DNA of 64,000 bases from Octopus vulgaris (taxonomy: Eukaryota), in assembly GCA_951406725.2 (NCBI GenBank), contig OX597814.1:128712001-128776000 (forward strand), given 5' to 3'. Below, piece after piece: positions 11,526-23,022 of the stretch. Under the pieces are notes generated by a model, which was not told the origin of the DNA, made no database searches, and saw only the letters and a program-made list of their open reading frames with translations. Position 1 is the first letter of the stretch, and every line of letters begins with the position of its first letter. The position numbers and the translations under genes were made by a program.

Positions 11526-12929
11526 TTAGGCGTCACGCTTTGTTGAACATGTCAAGAGTCCTGTATCTTAACCCTGGGCGAGGCAGCAATTGTTGGGCTA
11601 TTTTTAGAAATGTTGTAAATAGCCTTTGTCAGAGATTTTTATATTTTTATATTTCAATTGTCATCATCATCATTGTCAGCACCTTAATTATTGTTGCTAG
11701 TGGTGATGGTGGTGGCAATAGAACTTTTAACCCTAAATAAGATAATTTTCCTGCTATCTAGGTATTATTATTATTGCTTATTTAGCTTGGGTTCGAATTT
11801 ATCAATAAAATTTTTTCTCTGATTTTCCTCTCGATTTCACTTGGGCTGTGTAATTTGTAGAATGGAAATATTATATATATTTTCCGACCACATGTTGCTA
11901 GGTGGTTACTCAAAGGTATCTGACGGACCTCTGGGTCTCTAATCTGTTGTCGGTGTACACGTGAGCGTTCTGATAGTGCATTTCCCGTCTGACCTACATA
12001 TATTTCTTCACAATTTGGGCATTTGATGCAGTAAATTAAATTTCTGCTTTTGCAGTTCATATTCGCGTTTGTGAATATTTTCCCGGTTTTTGTATTTATA
12101 TATTGGCCGGTATGTATGAATTGGCATGTGCCACATCGGCTATCATTGCATTTAGATACAGTGAATGTTTGGTCTTTGTTGCTAAGGTCAAATTTTGCCT
12201 TTGTTAGTAATTTTTTCAAGTTTTTAGGCTGTCTTTTACTAAGAACCATAGCTCGATCCGTGATTATGTCTTTTAATTCATTACTTTGGGCAATGATTGG
12301 TAGGTTTGCTTTGGCAATGTTGAAGATATTCTGGTGACATGGGTTGTGTGTCCCTATGAATGGTATGACTTGTTCTTGTTTTCCTCTTCCTTTGGTTGTC
12401 CTAAGTTGTTGTATGGGTATTTTTATAGCCCGCTGTATGCCATTTTCTATAAGTTTGAGCAAAAATTCTCTTAATTCTGTTAGGCATTTGTTCATGATAT
12501 TTGCATCTTCTATAATGGTACAAATTCTTCTGGCTAGGCAGTATGGGATGTTGCGTTTTGTATGTGGTGGATGACACGACTTAAAATTTAGGTATTGATG
12601 TGTGTCTGTGTGTTTATAGTATATATATCTGTGGTGATGGTGGTGTCTTTTTTAATTACCATTATATCTAGGAATGGTAATTTGGTACTACTCATCTCCT
12701 TTGTAAATTGGAGTGATGGGTGTAGGTTGTTCAGGAGGATATTGAACTCTTCCAGAGTATTTAGAGATTCTGTCCAGATTATGAAGCAGTCGTCAAGGTA
12801 TTTTTTCCATGCCTTTTCAATATACTTTCTAAATCCAGTGCCATAGTTTACCTCCACCTCTTGGTAGAGTTGTTGTATATATATGTATATATATATATAT
12901 ATATATATACGTGTGTGTGTGTGTATGTA

Positions 12930-13145
12930 TATGTGCGTGTGTTTGTCCCTCACCACTGCTTGACAACTGGTGTTGGGGTGTTTACGTCCCTGTAACTTAG
13001 CGCTTCGACAATAGAGGCTGATAGAATAAGTACCAGGCTTAAAAATATAAGTACTGGGGTCGATTCGTTCGATTAGAGTTCTTGAAGGCAGTGCCCCAGC
13101 ATGGCCGTCGTCTAATGCCTGAAAACAAGTAAAAGATAAAAGACA
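12930..13145 (+). mobile_element. SINE family A, 3' half
   Basis: Colinear with 625-830. Confidence 0.8.
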
Positions 13146-13306
13146 GAGATATTGAAGAGATGGATCATGAACAAGTCACGACTAAAACTATAAAAATCCT
13201 AACAAATTCTTGTTTCCAAAATCTCTGAGCTCTTATGGTGATCACGCGTTTAATAAAAAGAGAAAAACTGTTTCAAAAGGCCAAAGGTTATTTCATTTCT
13301 GAACAG

Positions 13307-13538
13307 AAGGCGGCGAGCTGGCAGAATCGTTAGCACGTCAGGCGAAATGCGTAGGCGTATTTCGTCTGCTGCTACGTACTGAGTCCAAATTCCGCCGAGG
13401 TCGACTTTGCTTTTCATCCTTTCGGAGTCGATAAATTAAGTACCAGTTACGCACTGCGGTCGATATAATCGACTTAATCCGTTTGTCTGTCCTTGTTTGT
13501 CCTCTCTGTGTTTAGCCCCTTGTAGGTAGTAAAGAAAT
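13307..13538 (+). mobile_element. SINE family B (tRNA-like head, Meta-like central domain), solo copy
   Basis: aaggcggcgagctggcag head; gtcgactttgc..ttcatcctttcgg.gtcgataaattaagtaccag centre; 22 bp TSD 13285-13306 / 13539-13560. Confidence 0.92.
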
Positions 13539-13567
13539 AGGTTATTTCATTTCTGAACAGTTTTATA

Positions 13568-13803
13568 TATATTTCTTTACTATCCACAAGGGGCTAAATA
13601 CAGAGGGGACAAACAAGGACAGACAAAGGGATTAAGTCGATTACATCGACCCCAGTGCGTAACTGGTACTTAATTTATCGACCCCGAAATGATGAAAGGC
13701 AAAGTCGACCTCGGCGGAATTTGAACTCAGGACGTAACGGCAGACGAAATACGGCTACGCATTTCGTCCGGCGTGCTAACGTTTCTGCCAAGCTCGCCGC
13801 CTT
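13568..13803 (-). mobile_element. SINE family B, solo copy, tail-to-tail with the previous one
   Basis: 19 bp TSD atttctgaacagttttata at 13549-13567 / 13804-13822. Confidence 0.92.
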
Positions 13804-14324
13804 ATTTCTGAACAGTTTTATACAGAACAGAAGAGTGGACACTAAAGTACTTCTTTCATAACTGAAACGGTGACCTATTTACACACATGAACATTTTAGA
13901 CAGCATAACGAAGCAGTATTAAATCAATTAAGAAATTAGAAATAGATTAAAAAGGTATTTCTTTACTGATAAGAAAGCCTTCACACACTAACGCACTGTA
14001 ATTTCGAGCATATTATATCATCCAACTGTCACTTGAATTGTCGTAATGTCGGTTTTTGCCTCCTGCCAATTAGCAGTCGGTGTTTCACTCGACGTACAAC
14101 GTCTGTCCGTCCCCGGAAGCACATTAATTACTTGAATCAAATACTTATCCACAAAACTTCGCAGATGTTTTCCCTGCAGGCATCAACCTGCAGAAATTCA
14201 GGCTTGTAGTCTTAGAGATCTTATATTTTAATCCAAAAAGACCCCCCGCTCTTCGAATTAAAATGAAATTGTACTTACTCAAGGTAATAAAAAATTAAAG
14301 CAAAAGAAGAAATGTTTGTTTAAG

Positions 14325-14642
14325 GTGGCTGTATGGTAATAAGCTTGCTTCCCAACCACATGGTTCCAGGTTCAGTCCCATTGCGTGTGGCACCTTGGTC
14401 AAGAGTTTTTTACTGTAGCCTCGGGCCGACCAAAGCCTTGTGAATGATTTTGTTAGACGTGTGTGGTAGTGGTGGTGGTGGTGGTGGTGTGTGTGTTTGT
14501 CCCACTACCATCGCTTGACAACTGGTGTTGGTGTGCTTATGCCCCCGTAACTTAGCGTTTCAGCAAAAGGTATCGATAGAATAAATACTAGGCTTATACA
14601 AAAAAAAAATGTACTGAGGTAGATTCATTCGACTGAAATTCT
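14325..14642 (+). mobile_element. SINE family A
   Basis: Colinear with 379-760; internal tract here is (GGT)n/(GT)n. Confidence 0.8.
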
Positions 14643-15408
14643 TCAAATAAATAACCATTAACCTCATTGAAAGTAATTTCTGAAGCACAATGCTATTTAG
14701 AGAGAAATAATAAAATCGGGGGACATCTATATCATCATCATCATCAGAGGTATGCTGTGGTCTGGTAAACGGGAACCGGCTTCGATTTAGATTCGAAACA
14801 AGTTCCCGGAATTTAGTTTCTCTGCGGCGTTCGTCGCTTTCTTCTGAAATACCGATTGTCTCTTTATTAATTTTAATTAACATTACCCTTTATTACTGTT
14901 ATTTTCGGAGTTGTCTCTCTTGCCTTTTTTGTCCAGAATTAGTAACTAAAACAATTTTATTTCTTATTACTATGAGTGTCATTTCTATTAATTAAAATTC
15001 TTCGGTTCAGTTCACTGAGTATGCTACAGCAACCACTTTATCAATTTAGGTTAAGATTTTAGTTTAGAGATCGCATTGTCGGGATTTATGTTGTCACAAG
15101 CAATGACCAAAAACGCTTAACTCCCCAACAGTCAAGTCAAACAAGCCAGAATTATTATTACCCAAAATGTGAACAAATCCTCGACGTAAACTGCAATAGT
15201 ATAGAAAAACCGGAAAAAACCTTTCATTAGTTTTAATTGCATTTTTTAGTTCTACTTATATGTATGACTTGGGAAAAAAGAATGGTCTCCAGGTTAGTTC
15301 AACCTAGATGTGAAGTATCGTTGCTAAGTTTAAGACCCAATGGATTCGCTAGACACTGTCATTGCTTAACTGCAATTGACGGAATCATCATGGTATTGGA
15401 CTGCCAAC

Positions 15409-15624
15409 AAGGCGGTGAGTTGGCAGAAGCGTCAGCACGCCGGGCGAATGCGTAGCCGTATTTCTGAGTTCAAATTCCGCCGAGGTCGACTTTGCCTTTC
15501 ATCCTTTCGGGGTCGATTAAATAAATACCAGTTATGCACTGGGGTCGATATAATCGACTTAATCCGTTTGTCTGTCTTTGTTTGTCCCCTCTGTGTTTAG
15601 CCCCTTGTGGGTAGTAAAGAAAGA
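15409..15624 (+). mobile_element. SINE family B, solo copy
   Basis: 17 bp TSD ggtattggactRccRac at 15392-15408 / 15625-15641. Confidence 0.9.
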
Positions 15625-16827
15625 GGTATTGGACTACCGACTTAAGGAGCATGTATTTGTGTTATGTTACTGGCATCGAACCAGAGGACAGTCTAATTTT
15701 CTTTTGTAAAGAGTAAGAGTAGCACTGTAAAATTAACGATTGTTTAATTTATTCTACGATACCTCGGATATAACTTGAAGAAGTATGGGCCTCACCCAGC
15801 AAACTTGCTTCTAGATACTTTATATATACACAAAAACTTTAATGATATTACTATGGCCCATTAAATTATGTGAATCACTGCGATTAAGTCGGATCCAGGA
15901 TATTACTTGTATATACTTAAATGACATGGATAAGATAAGAACAAGGAACCACTAGGGACGTAACTAAATATTATGACTCACTCAGTTCGATGCTTCGCTA
16001 TCTGCCCCAAGGAAATATTAAACCTTCAGAAAATTATAACCTCTCGTTGGTTTAAAAATAAAGGAAATATTCCAAGTTCAAATAATATTAAGGCGAGGGC
16101 TTACGTCAGCAACAGATTTATTGACACCACCGAAACTTTTTGTGTTGTTTTTCAATGTCATTCTCTCTGTTCAAACGATGTATCGAATAACTCCAAACTG
16201 TCTTTGGTCATAGTTTCATACATTGTTAGTAACATGGCGCTTGTCGCTAGACAAGGTTTCGTGCCTCGCTGAACAGAACTCTAGTCCTATATATTTACTC
16301 TAAATTAACCCGGTCACGTACTTAAAACATTTCGAAGACAAACTGTTCGTTTGGTTTCCCATAAAATAGCGCGACCCTTTAACGGCAGTTTTGGCTTATC
16401 GTTTTTTTTTTTTGTCTTTGTTTTTGTTTTCCCACCGTCTTTTGGAACTGAAATTCTTGGAAAACAATTTACCGCTTCGGAGCGAAAGATTTCTAAATAG
16501 ATGGAATTTGCATCGCTTCTGAGTCAAAGGCCAAAGGGATTATTCAATCGTTACTAATTAGTAAAAAAAAAAAGTTTCTAAAAAAAAAGAGGGTATTATA
16601 GCTTACTTTTCAGGACATTTGTAACAGGAGTTAGAAGGGGCTGTAACTTCCCACCATTGATTTCAGATGTCTTCTCTTCTTTCCATATCTTCTACATAGA
16701 GTCCTGTGGTAAAAAAATAAAAGGTTCATGCAATTTATTTTTTACTTTATAGATCTTGAAAAATTTTGCAACAACTTCGAGAGAAAAGCTGAAAAAAATC
16801 TAGCTTTTTTTTCTGCAGGTTATAATA

Positions 16828-17032
16828 TTGGTTTCAGGCTTTAGCACAAAGCCAGTAATTTCAGGGGGAGGAGAAAATTTGATTACATCGACCCTAGTGC
16901 TCAGCTGGTACTTATTTTATCGACCTCGAAGGGATGAAAGGCAAAGTCAACCTTGGTCGCATTTGAACTCAGAACGTAAAGACGGACGAAATGCTGCTAA
17001 GCATTTTGCCTGATTCTATCAGCATGCCGCCT
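16828..17032 (-). mobile_element. SINE family B, alternative-tail subfamily
   Basis: Shares head and central domain with 13307-13538. Confidence 0.8.
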
Positions 17033-18634
17033 TCTATAGGTTATGATACGAACATTATTTTCGGACAAAGTTAGAAATATCTTCTAAAATGGAATTAGTT
17101 CATTTGATCAATAGTGTTATGTGTAACATTCCCGTTAATAGAGCTGTGGTTTGGTAGATATGGTATAGCACTGGATTAAATGTACCATATCTCTACAGTC
17201 AGAGTTCAAATTCTACCATAACTGACTGTTTTTCATGGGCACAGATATGATTCTGTGTTTAAGAAGTTCACTCTGCAATCACATGGTTTTGAGTTCGACC
17301 CCACTACGCTGCACCTTGGGCATGTGTCTTCTATCATATCTTCTAAATATCATGAGTGAAATTGTATTTGCGAAAACTATTTCGAAGCCTATCAACTGGA
17401 ACTGTATTTTTTCTAATGTGATTGACTTAATCTGTTGCTCCGGTTCATCGCCACAATCTAGTCCTTGGGTGGCTCTATTGGAATTCATTCTATTCCGAGA
17501 TTTCAGATCCGGCTTCTGGTCAGAAATGCATGGTTTCTTATGAAGGCCCAATGGATTTATCGATCTTAATTTTCCCTATTGCCCTTCCCTACAAGAATAT
17601 GGGTTGTAGCAGCGAAAAATAGTAATATCTAGATTAATCGTGGGCGACGTGGAGTAAGGTAGGGTGTCCAACTGGCAGGGTCGTTAGAGCGCCGGATAGA
17701 ATGCTTTAACGACAATCGTTCGGTGGGGAGGAAGGCGTCATTAAGACCTGAATGTCCACGAAGACGTCTTCTTACCACATGTTGTTGTGGACCACCAACT
17801 TATTTACTACTGTGTCGCAAAGATGACACCGGGTGCACCACTGTCTCTGGTCGTGAATCTTTGTGTTTCAATTGCCCATGCATTTCTACCATCGGGTAAC
17901 TATGTATGTGATGCACGAACCCTTTCTGCTGTCCCATAACTACCAAGGTTCGTTCCTTGCATTTCTTTCGCGAACATGAGAAGCCGTCTTCATTTTTAGG
18001 TAAGAGTATTTCGTTTTCCTTCTTCTTTCTTGGTTGAATTTCTCAGGCAAAAATATACGCTTCTGTGACACCTTTTCACGCTTTGTCTTCTATCTGGAGA
18101 TGACCCATGTTTCTTTTTCGTTCGCAGCACAAACAAAAAACGGGTTACTGTGGTTGTTAGCGGTTTTGTTATTGACATTTTAGTTAACGTTTTCACCACT
18201 TACTTTTGTGCTTCTGAAATTGTAATTGTGTTTATGACTATCTCTGTCATTTTATTTTGTTTTTCTAGTTTTAAATTCATAGTATTTTCACACGTTTGTG
18301 AAGAAGCTTTATTACTACCACTATTGAATCTAACATCTTTTTGTGGTCATTTTGGATTTCGAATAGAAAATACAAATGGCCACAATGCAAAAATATATAC
18401 ACTGTTGAAAATGTTTAGACAAAACTTTTTTTGCAAATTTAAAATTCCAACCACTTTTGCCGATTTAAAATTCTAAAACCATTTGTTAGTAAAAAAGAGA
18501 AAAAAAAAAACACTTTTTACATCAAGAAATCTTAGTAAAAAATGACTTCTAGGCGGAGATCTATGAAACGTGACAATTTACAACTAACAACAGTAACAAC
18601 AACAGCAACGATAATAATAATATTAATATTAATA

Positions 18635-18679
<45 letters not shown>

Positions 18680-19197
18680 TGGCTTCTGATCTTAACTGAT
18701 TGGAAGTGTTATCATGTACATTGTATTGTCTTGGTATAAGAGATGGGCTACAGCAAATATTCTGCTCAATACCACAGATTTGCTTGTCAGTTGTTTGACC
18801 TTAACCAGTTGACCATGTCCCTTAGTGGCTGATTATATGTGCATCTCTGATCACAAGCAGAAGTAGTGGGGGAGCATCATAGCGGTGTGTTGAAAGGAAT
18901 TCTTAGAGGCTTGGATAATTCACCTTTGGAAACATGGGTGGTTCATTCAACATCCTTAAACAATCCTTATTCAGGGACCTTTTGAACGGGATGGGCTACC
19001 CGACCAGAAGAAAATTCTAACTGGGCCCCACCTGCAAGGTCATGCACTGTTTATCTTGATATGAGATCACCATATCGCGCACATATGGTTGTGATGCATG
19101 TGCCTGGTGTATCAGACGGGTAGTCATGATGGGTATACTGGGCTTCGTATATTTTACCCCAGTGTCACTTTGATGGCACGCACTACTCTCTCACTCA
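18680..19197 (+). mobile_element. Non-coding retroelement 3' segment in (TAA)n
   Basis: Higher-GC block bounded on both sides by (TAA)n; no ORF recognised. Confidence 0.5.
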
Positions 19198-19220
19198 ATA
19201 ATAATAATAATAATAATAAT

Positions 19221-19750
19221 GGGGATTTGAAGCTGGAAACACATGGTACAATCATTGAGTGGAGAAAGGACTGGAGTCGAAGAAATATAAGATTTTGTGG
19301 GATTTTGCTATTCAAACGAACAAGAAGTTAGAAAATAATAGACCAGACATAACAATTATAGTTGAGGAAAAGCGAAGTTGCTTACTTATCGACCCATCAT
19401 GCCCGTTTGATTTCGGGATTGTAAAGAAAGACAATATATTTATATATAATCCCTTAAAATTTGAAATAGGAAGAATTCGGAGCATGCGAACAGTAAAGGT
19501 CGTGCCTATAATAATTGGTGTGTTGAGAACAGTAAGGCAAAATACTGACAAATGGCTGAAGGAGATTGGAATAGCATGCCCGGTAGAGCTCCTATAGAAA
19601 GTTTGTCTCTTCGGGGCAGCGAGGATTATCAGGTGTGTTCTAAGCACTGGAGAGACTGCTGAAAACTTGTGGATACCTAAGGTTAGAGATAGTAACCCGC
19701 TACCCACATAAATCCGACCAGGAATAAGACCGAACCTGAGGCAAACCAAA
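19221..19750 (+). mobile_element. R4/Dong-clade LINE 3' fragment (RLE domain) in (TAA)n
   Basis: KILWDFAIQTNKKLENNRPDITII..LIDPSCPFD..VVPIIIGVL; flanked by (TAA)n. Confidence 0.88.
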
Positions 19751-20184
19751 ATAATAATAATTCCTTTTATTAACCAAAAGAGCATACGTGAGGGAAACAT
19801 ATCAAGGACAGACAACACAATTTGTATGGGGATTTACATAAGGGTTGGGGAGAATAGAATAGAAAGGACAGTGAAATGCGATTATCGTTCCCCTTTCTGG
19901 CTGCCGAAGTTGATTCCTTTCCAGAAGTCTCAGTAGTTATACAATCTCATTCCCCCTCTTGTGTTAACCTCCGGCCCTGCTCTAATGAAATATATACCTA
20001 TATATGCATACACAAGTTCATATCTATTTCATTCCCTATTTACACCGTATTTCGTTTCATTTTTTCCTTATCAGTTTTCCTTCCCTTTTTTTTTCTCATG
20101 AATACAATTTGTTACATGCCCAAATTTTAAGACGCGTCACATATCTTTGAGACTCAACAACGTTCTTCAGTAGTGCTTGCTGAT

Positions 20185-20547
20185 GTTTTCTTTCTTTCTT
20201 TCTTTCTTTCTTTCCTTCTTTCTTATTTTCTTTCTTTCTTTTTCTTTCTTTTTTCTTTCTTTCTCTCTCTCTCTCGCTTTCTTTCTTTCTTTTTCTCCCT
20301 TTCTCTCTCTCCACCCTCTCTTTTTCTTTCTTTTTTTCTCTCTCTCTTTCTCTCTCTCTCCCTCTCTTTCTCTTTCTTTCTTTCTTTCTTTCTTTCCTTC
20401 TTTCTTATTTTCTTTCTTTCTTTTTCTTTTTTTCTCTCTCTCTCGCTCTCTTTCTTTCTTTTCTCTCTCTTTCTCTCTCTTTCTCTCTCTCTCCCCCTCT
20501 TTCTTTCTCTTTCTTTCTTTATTTCTCTCTCTCTTTCTTTCTTTATT

Positions 20548-20592
<45 letters not shown>
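20185..20592. repeat. Polypyrimidine (CTTT/CT)n tract
   Basis: Read directly. Confidence 0.95.
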
Positions 20593-20792
20593 ACATAACT
20601 GTAACATTCCTCCGATGATTTATATCTGTCAACAGAATAAGATGATTCGTGAAAATAAAACCAAGTTTGGTTGCTGTGGGGTGTTTCCCAATGGTACTAT
20701 TTTCACATTATATGCTATTCATTATAAGAAATGGTTCCAGTGAAATTTTAAAAGCAAGCAAAATGATTCCGAAACGAAAAATAAAATGTTAA

Positions 20793-20970
20793 ACTTTTAC
20801 CTTTTACTTGTTTCGGTCATTGGACAGCGGCCTTGCTGGGGCACCACATAGAAGAGATTTATTTTTAAAAAATCGACCCAGTACTTTTTTTCTCTTATGT
20901 TCAGTACTTAGTCTATCGGTCTCTATTGCCGAACTGCTAAATTATGACAACACTGGTTGACAAGCGGTGG
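20793..20970 (-). mobile_element. SINE family A, degenerate 3' half
   Basis: Similar to 2285-2470. Confidence 0.7.
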
Positions 20971-21018
20971 GTGCGTGTGTGGCAAACCCTAGTATCGATC
21001 TATTGCATTTCAATCTAT

Positions 21019-21075
21019 TTTAGGGTTAGGGTTAGAGTTAGGGTTAGTTAGGGTAAGTTAGGGTTAGAGTTAGGG
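21019..21075 (+). repeat. Interstitial telomere-like (TTAGGG)n tract, degenerate
   Basis: ttagggttagggttagagttagggttagttagggtaagttagggttagagttagggg. Confidence 0.85.
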
Positions 21076-22665
21076 GTGGGGAAGGGTATCATTTTTTCTT
21101 CAGAAATGTAAATAAACCCAATCTATTTCTTAAACGTGGGACATTTTCATACGGCACAGAATGTTTTCACCTCAATAGACGTCATTGATTGGTTGAAATT
21201 GAAGAAAAAAAACAACAAATATCTTACAAACTATAGAATTTTCTCAATAAAGTCAAGAGAAAAAGATGTTTTATAAATACATTCTACCAGTATACGAAGT
21301 TTAAAAGTGTTTAGTTACGTGGAAATTATTTAAAAAAGTGCCGTTCAAACCGAAAAGATCCCTTTCCATTCTAATTTTCTTTCCATTCTTTTGCTTTCGT
21401 TTGGTAATTTCCTTTTGTTATTTTTTTCTTCGCTTCACGTAAAGAAACAACAACCAACCAACATACAAACACCCCCCCCCCCCAAAAAAAAAACTAACTT
21501 GGAATTTGTTCCTGTCTGCTACATTTATTTTTTATATTTAAAGGTCTAGACGTACGTCAAAAGGAATGCAATACATTCTAAGCAACTGCTGTCAAAATGT
21601 CGTCTGTTCCCTCTGCTGTCATCGGTGTAAGACTTAAGAGTTAAATTCTCTTTCTCGTTCTAATATGTAATTTAAGCTTGTTGTACTAATACACAGCAAT
21701 CTTCGAGCACTAAACATGCCACCTCAAACACACGCGAATATACCCACCCCCGCAAACAGTCACTGATATAAATAACCAAGATAGTTTTTTTGTACCTTAT
21801 TCATCTATTTATTTATTTAGTTGGGTATCGAATAATTTTGGCATATAAACTCGTAATATGCATCTGCTGGCAAAGTGAAATTAAATATTCTGGGAATAAC
21901 TAAATAAAGAATAAACTCACTTTTGTAATTTAGCTAATGTAGTTTCACATTCCTTGTTTTCACCGAAACTTGCGTATTCTTTTCGTTTTCGCTGTCGATG
22001 TAGATTTAGGATTTATAAAAAAGAGTTGCTACTTTATTTATTTATTTATTTATTTATTTCTATTACTGGACTTGCCGTTAACAAATAAATAAATTTTATG
22101 TCATCAACCGTTTTACTTGACGTTAAAAGTAACAAACCGCCATCTGAAAGTTTCTGAGCTAAGGAAATATATAGAACGTGTGCGTGCGCGTGAGTGTGTC
22201 TGTTTGCGTACAAGCGTTTGTGTGTGAGTGTGTATGTGCATATGTGTGTGTGTGTGTTTAAGATCATATATCAATTCTATTGCTGGTAATTATAAATTTC
22301 TTGTTATGTAAGACAAATCACACATTGAATGTAAGATTGAGCTGTCGTTACTAGGATCATATTTGTAGAATGTTGTAATTATTCGTTTTCCGAGAGTGTC
22401 AGCGATGTATCCACTTGCATTCTTTGAAAGTCAGATCTCGTCATCCCTGTACAAACCTACATTAATGCCATTAAAAGAACTCTCTATTCTGTGGAGAAGG
22501 AACAAGCTTATAATTTCGCATAATTCGGCCTCATCAAAAGTAGACATATGACATCAAAATTATCTGTTCCGTTCTTCTTAACCCAGAAAACATTGGGATA
22601 GTTGTTTTGTGTGATAGAAAATATAACTTGGAAAGTTTGCCGTATTAGATTCGTCCTTTGGAACG

Positions 22666-22715
<50 letters not shown>

Positions 22716-22719
<4 letters not shown>

Positions 22720-22962
22720 GTGCCGATTTTTAAAGGAAAGAAAAAAGTCAATAAATACTTGCCATTACATTTTTAATCAACCAAATATGAACCATTTTGT
22801 TGCACAATGCATCTCCATCTTTCCTTTAACTTGAAATTACCCTCTTCCCAGAATTGAGGTGGTTTCATGGCAAAGAATTCATCAAGGTATCTTTTTACGT
22901 CATCCAAGGAATTGAAATTTTTACTAATAAGACTATTCTTCAGAGACCTGAATAAGTGGAAC
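22716..22962 (-). mobile_element. Mariner transposon 3' fragment
   Basis: FHLFRSLKNSL...FWEEG..KLKERW...NGSY transposase C-terminus; end abuts (TA)n. Confidence 0.88.
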
Positions 22963-23022
22963 ATACATACATACATACATACATACATACATACATACAT
23001 ACATACATACATACATACATAC

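Larger units (their letters stand above)
11145..12876 (-). mobile_element. Penelope-like element, 5'-truncated (RT C-terminus + GIY-YIG endonuclease + pLTR)
   Basis: ORFs 12588-12870 (KYLDDCFIIW, LPFLDI) and 11782-12495 (CNDSRCGTC linker; NLIYCIKC..C.EIYVGQT GIY-YIG); hammerhead downstream. Confidence 0.93.

Noticed and set aside
17390-18460. Possible LINE ORF1 relic or host exon on the minus strand
   Set aside because: Purine-rich but broken by stops, with no motif I can recognise.
21019-21075. Chromosome end
   Set aside because: The tract is short, degenerate and internal.
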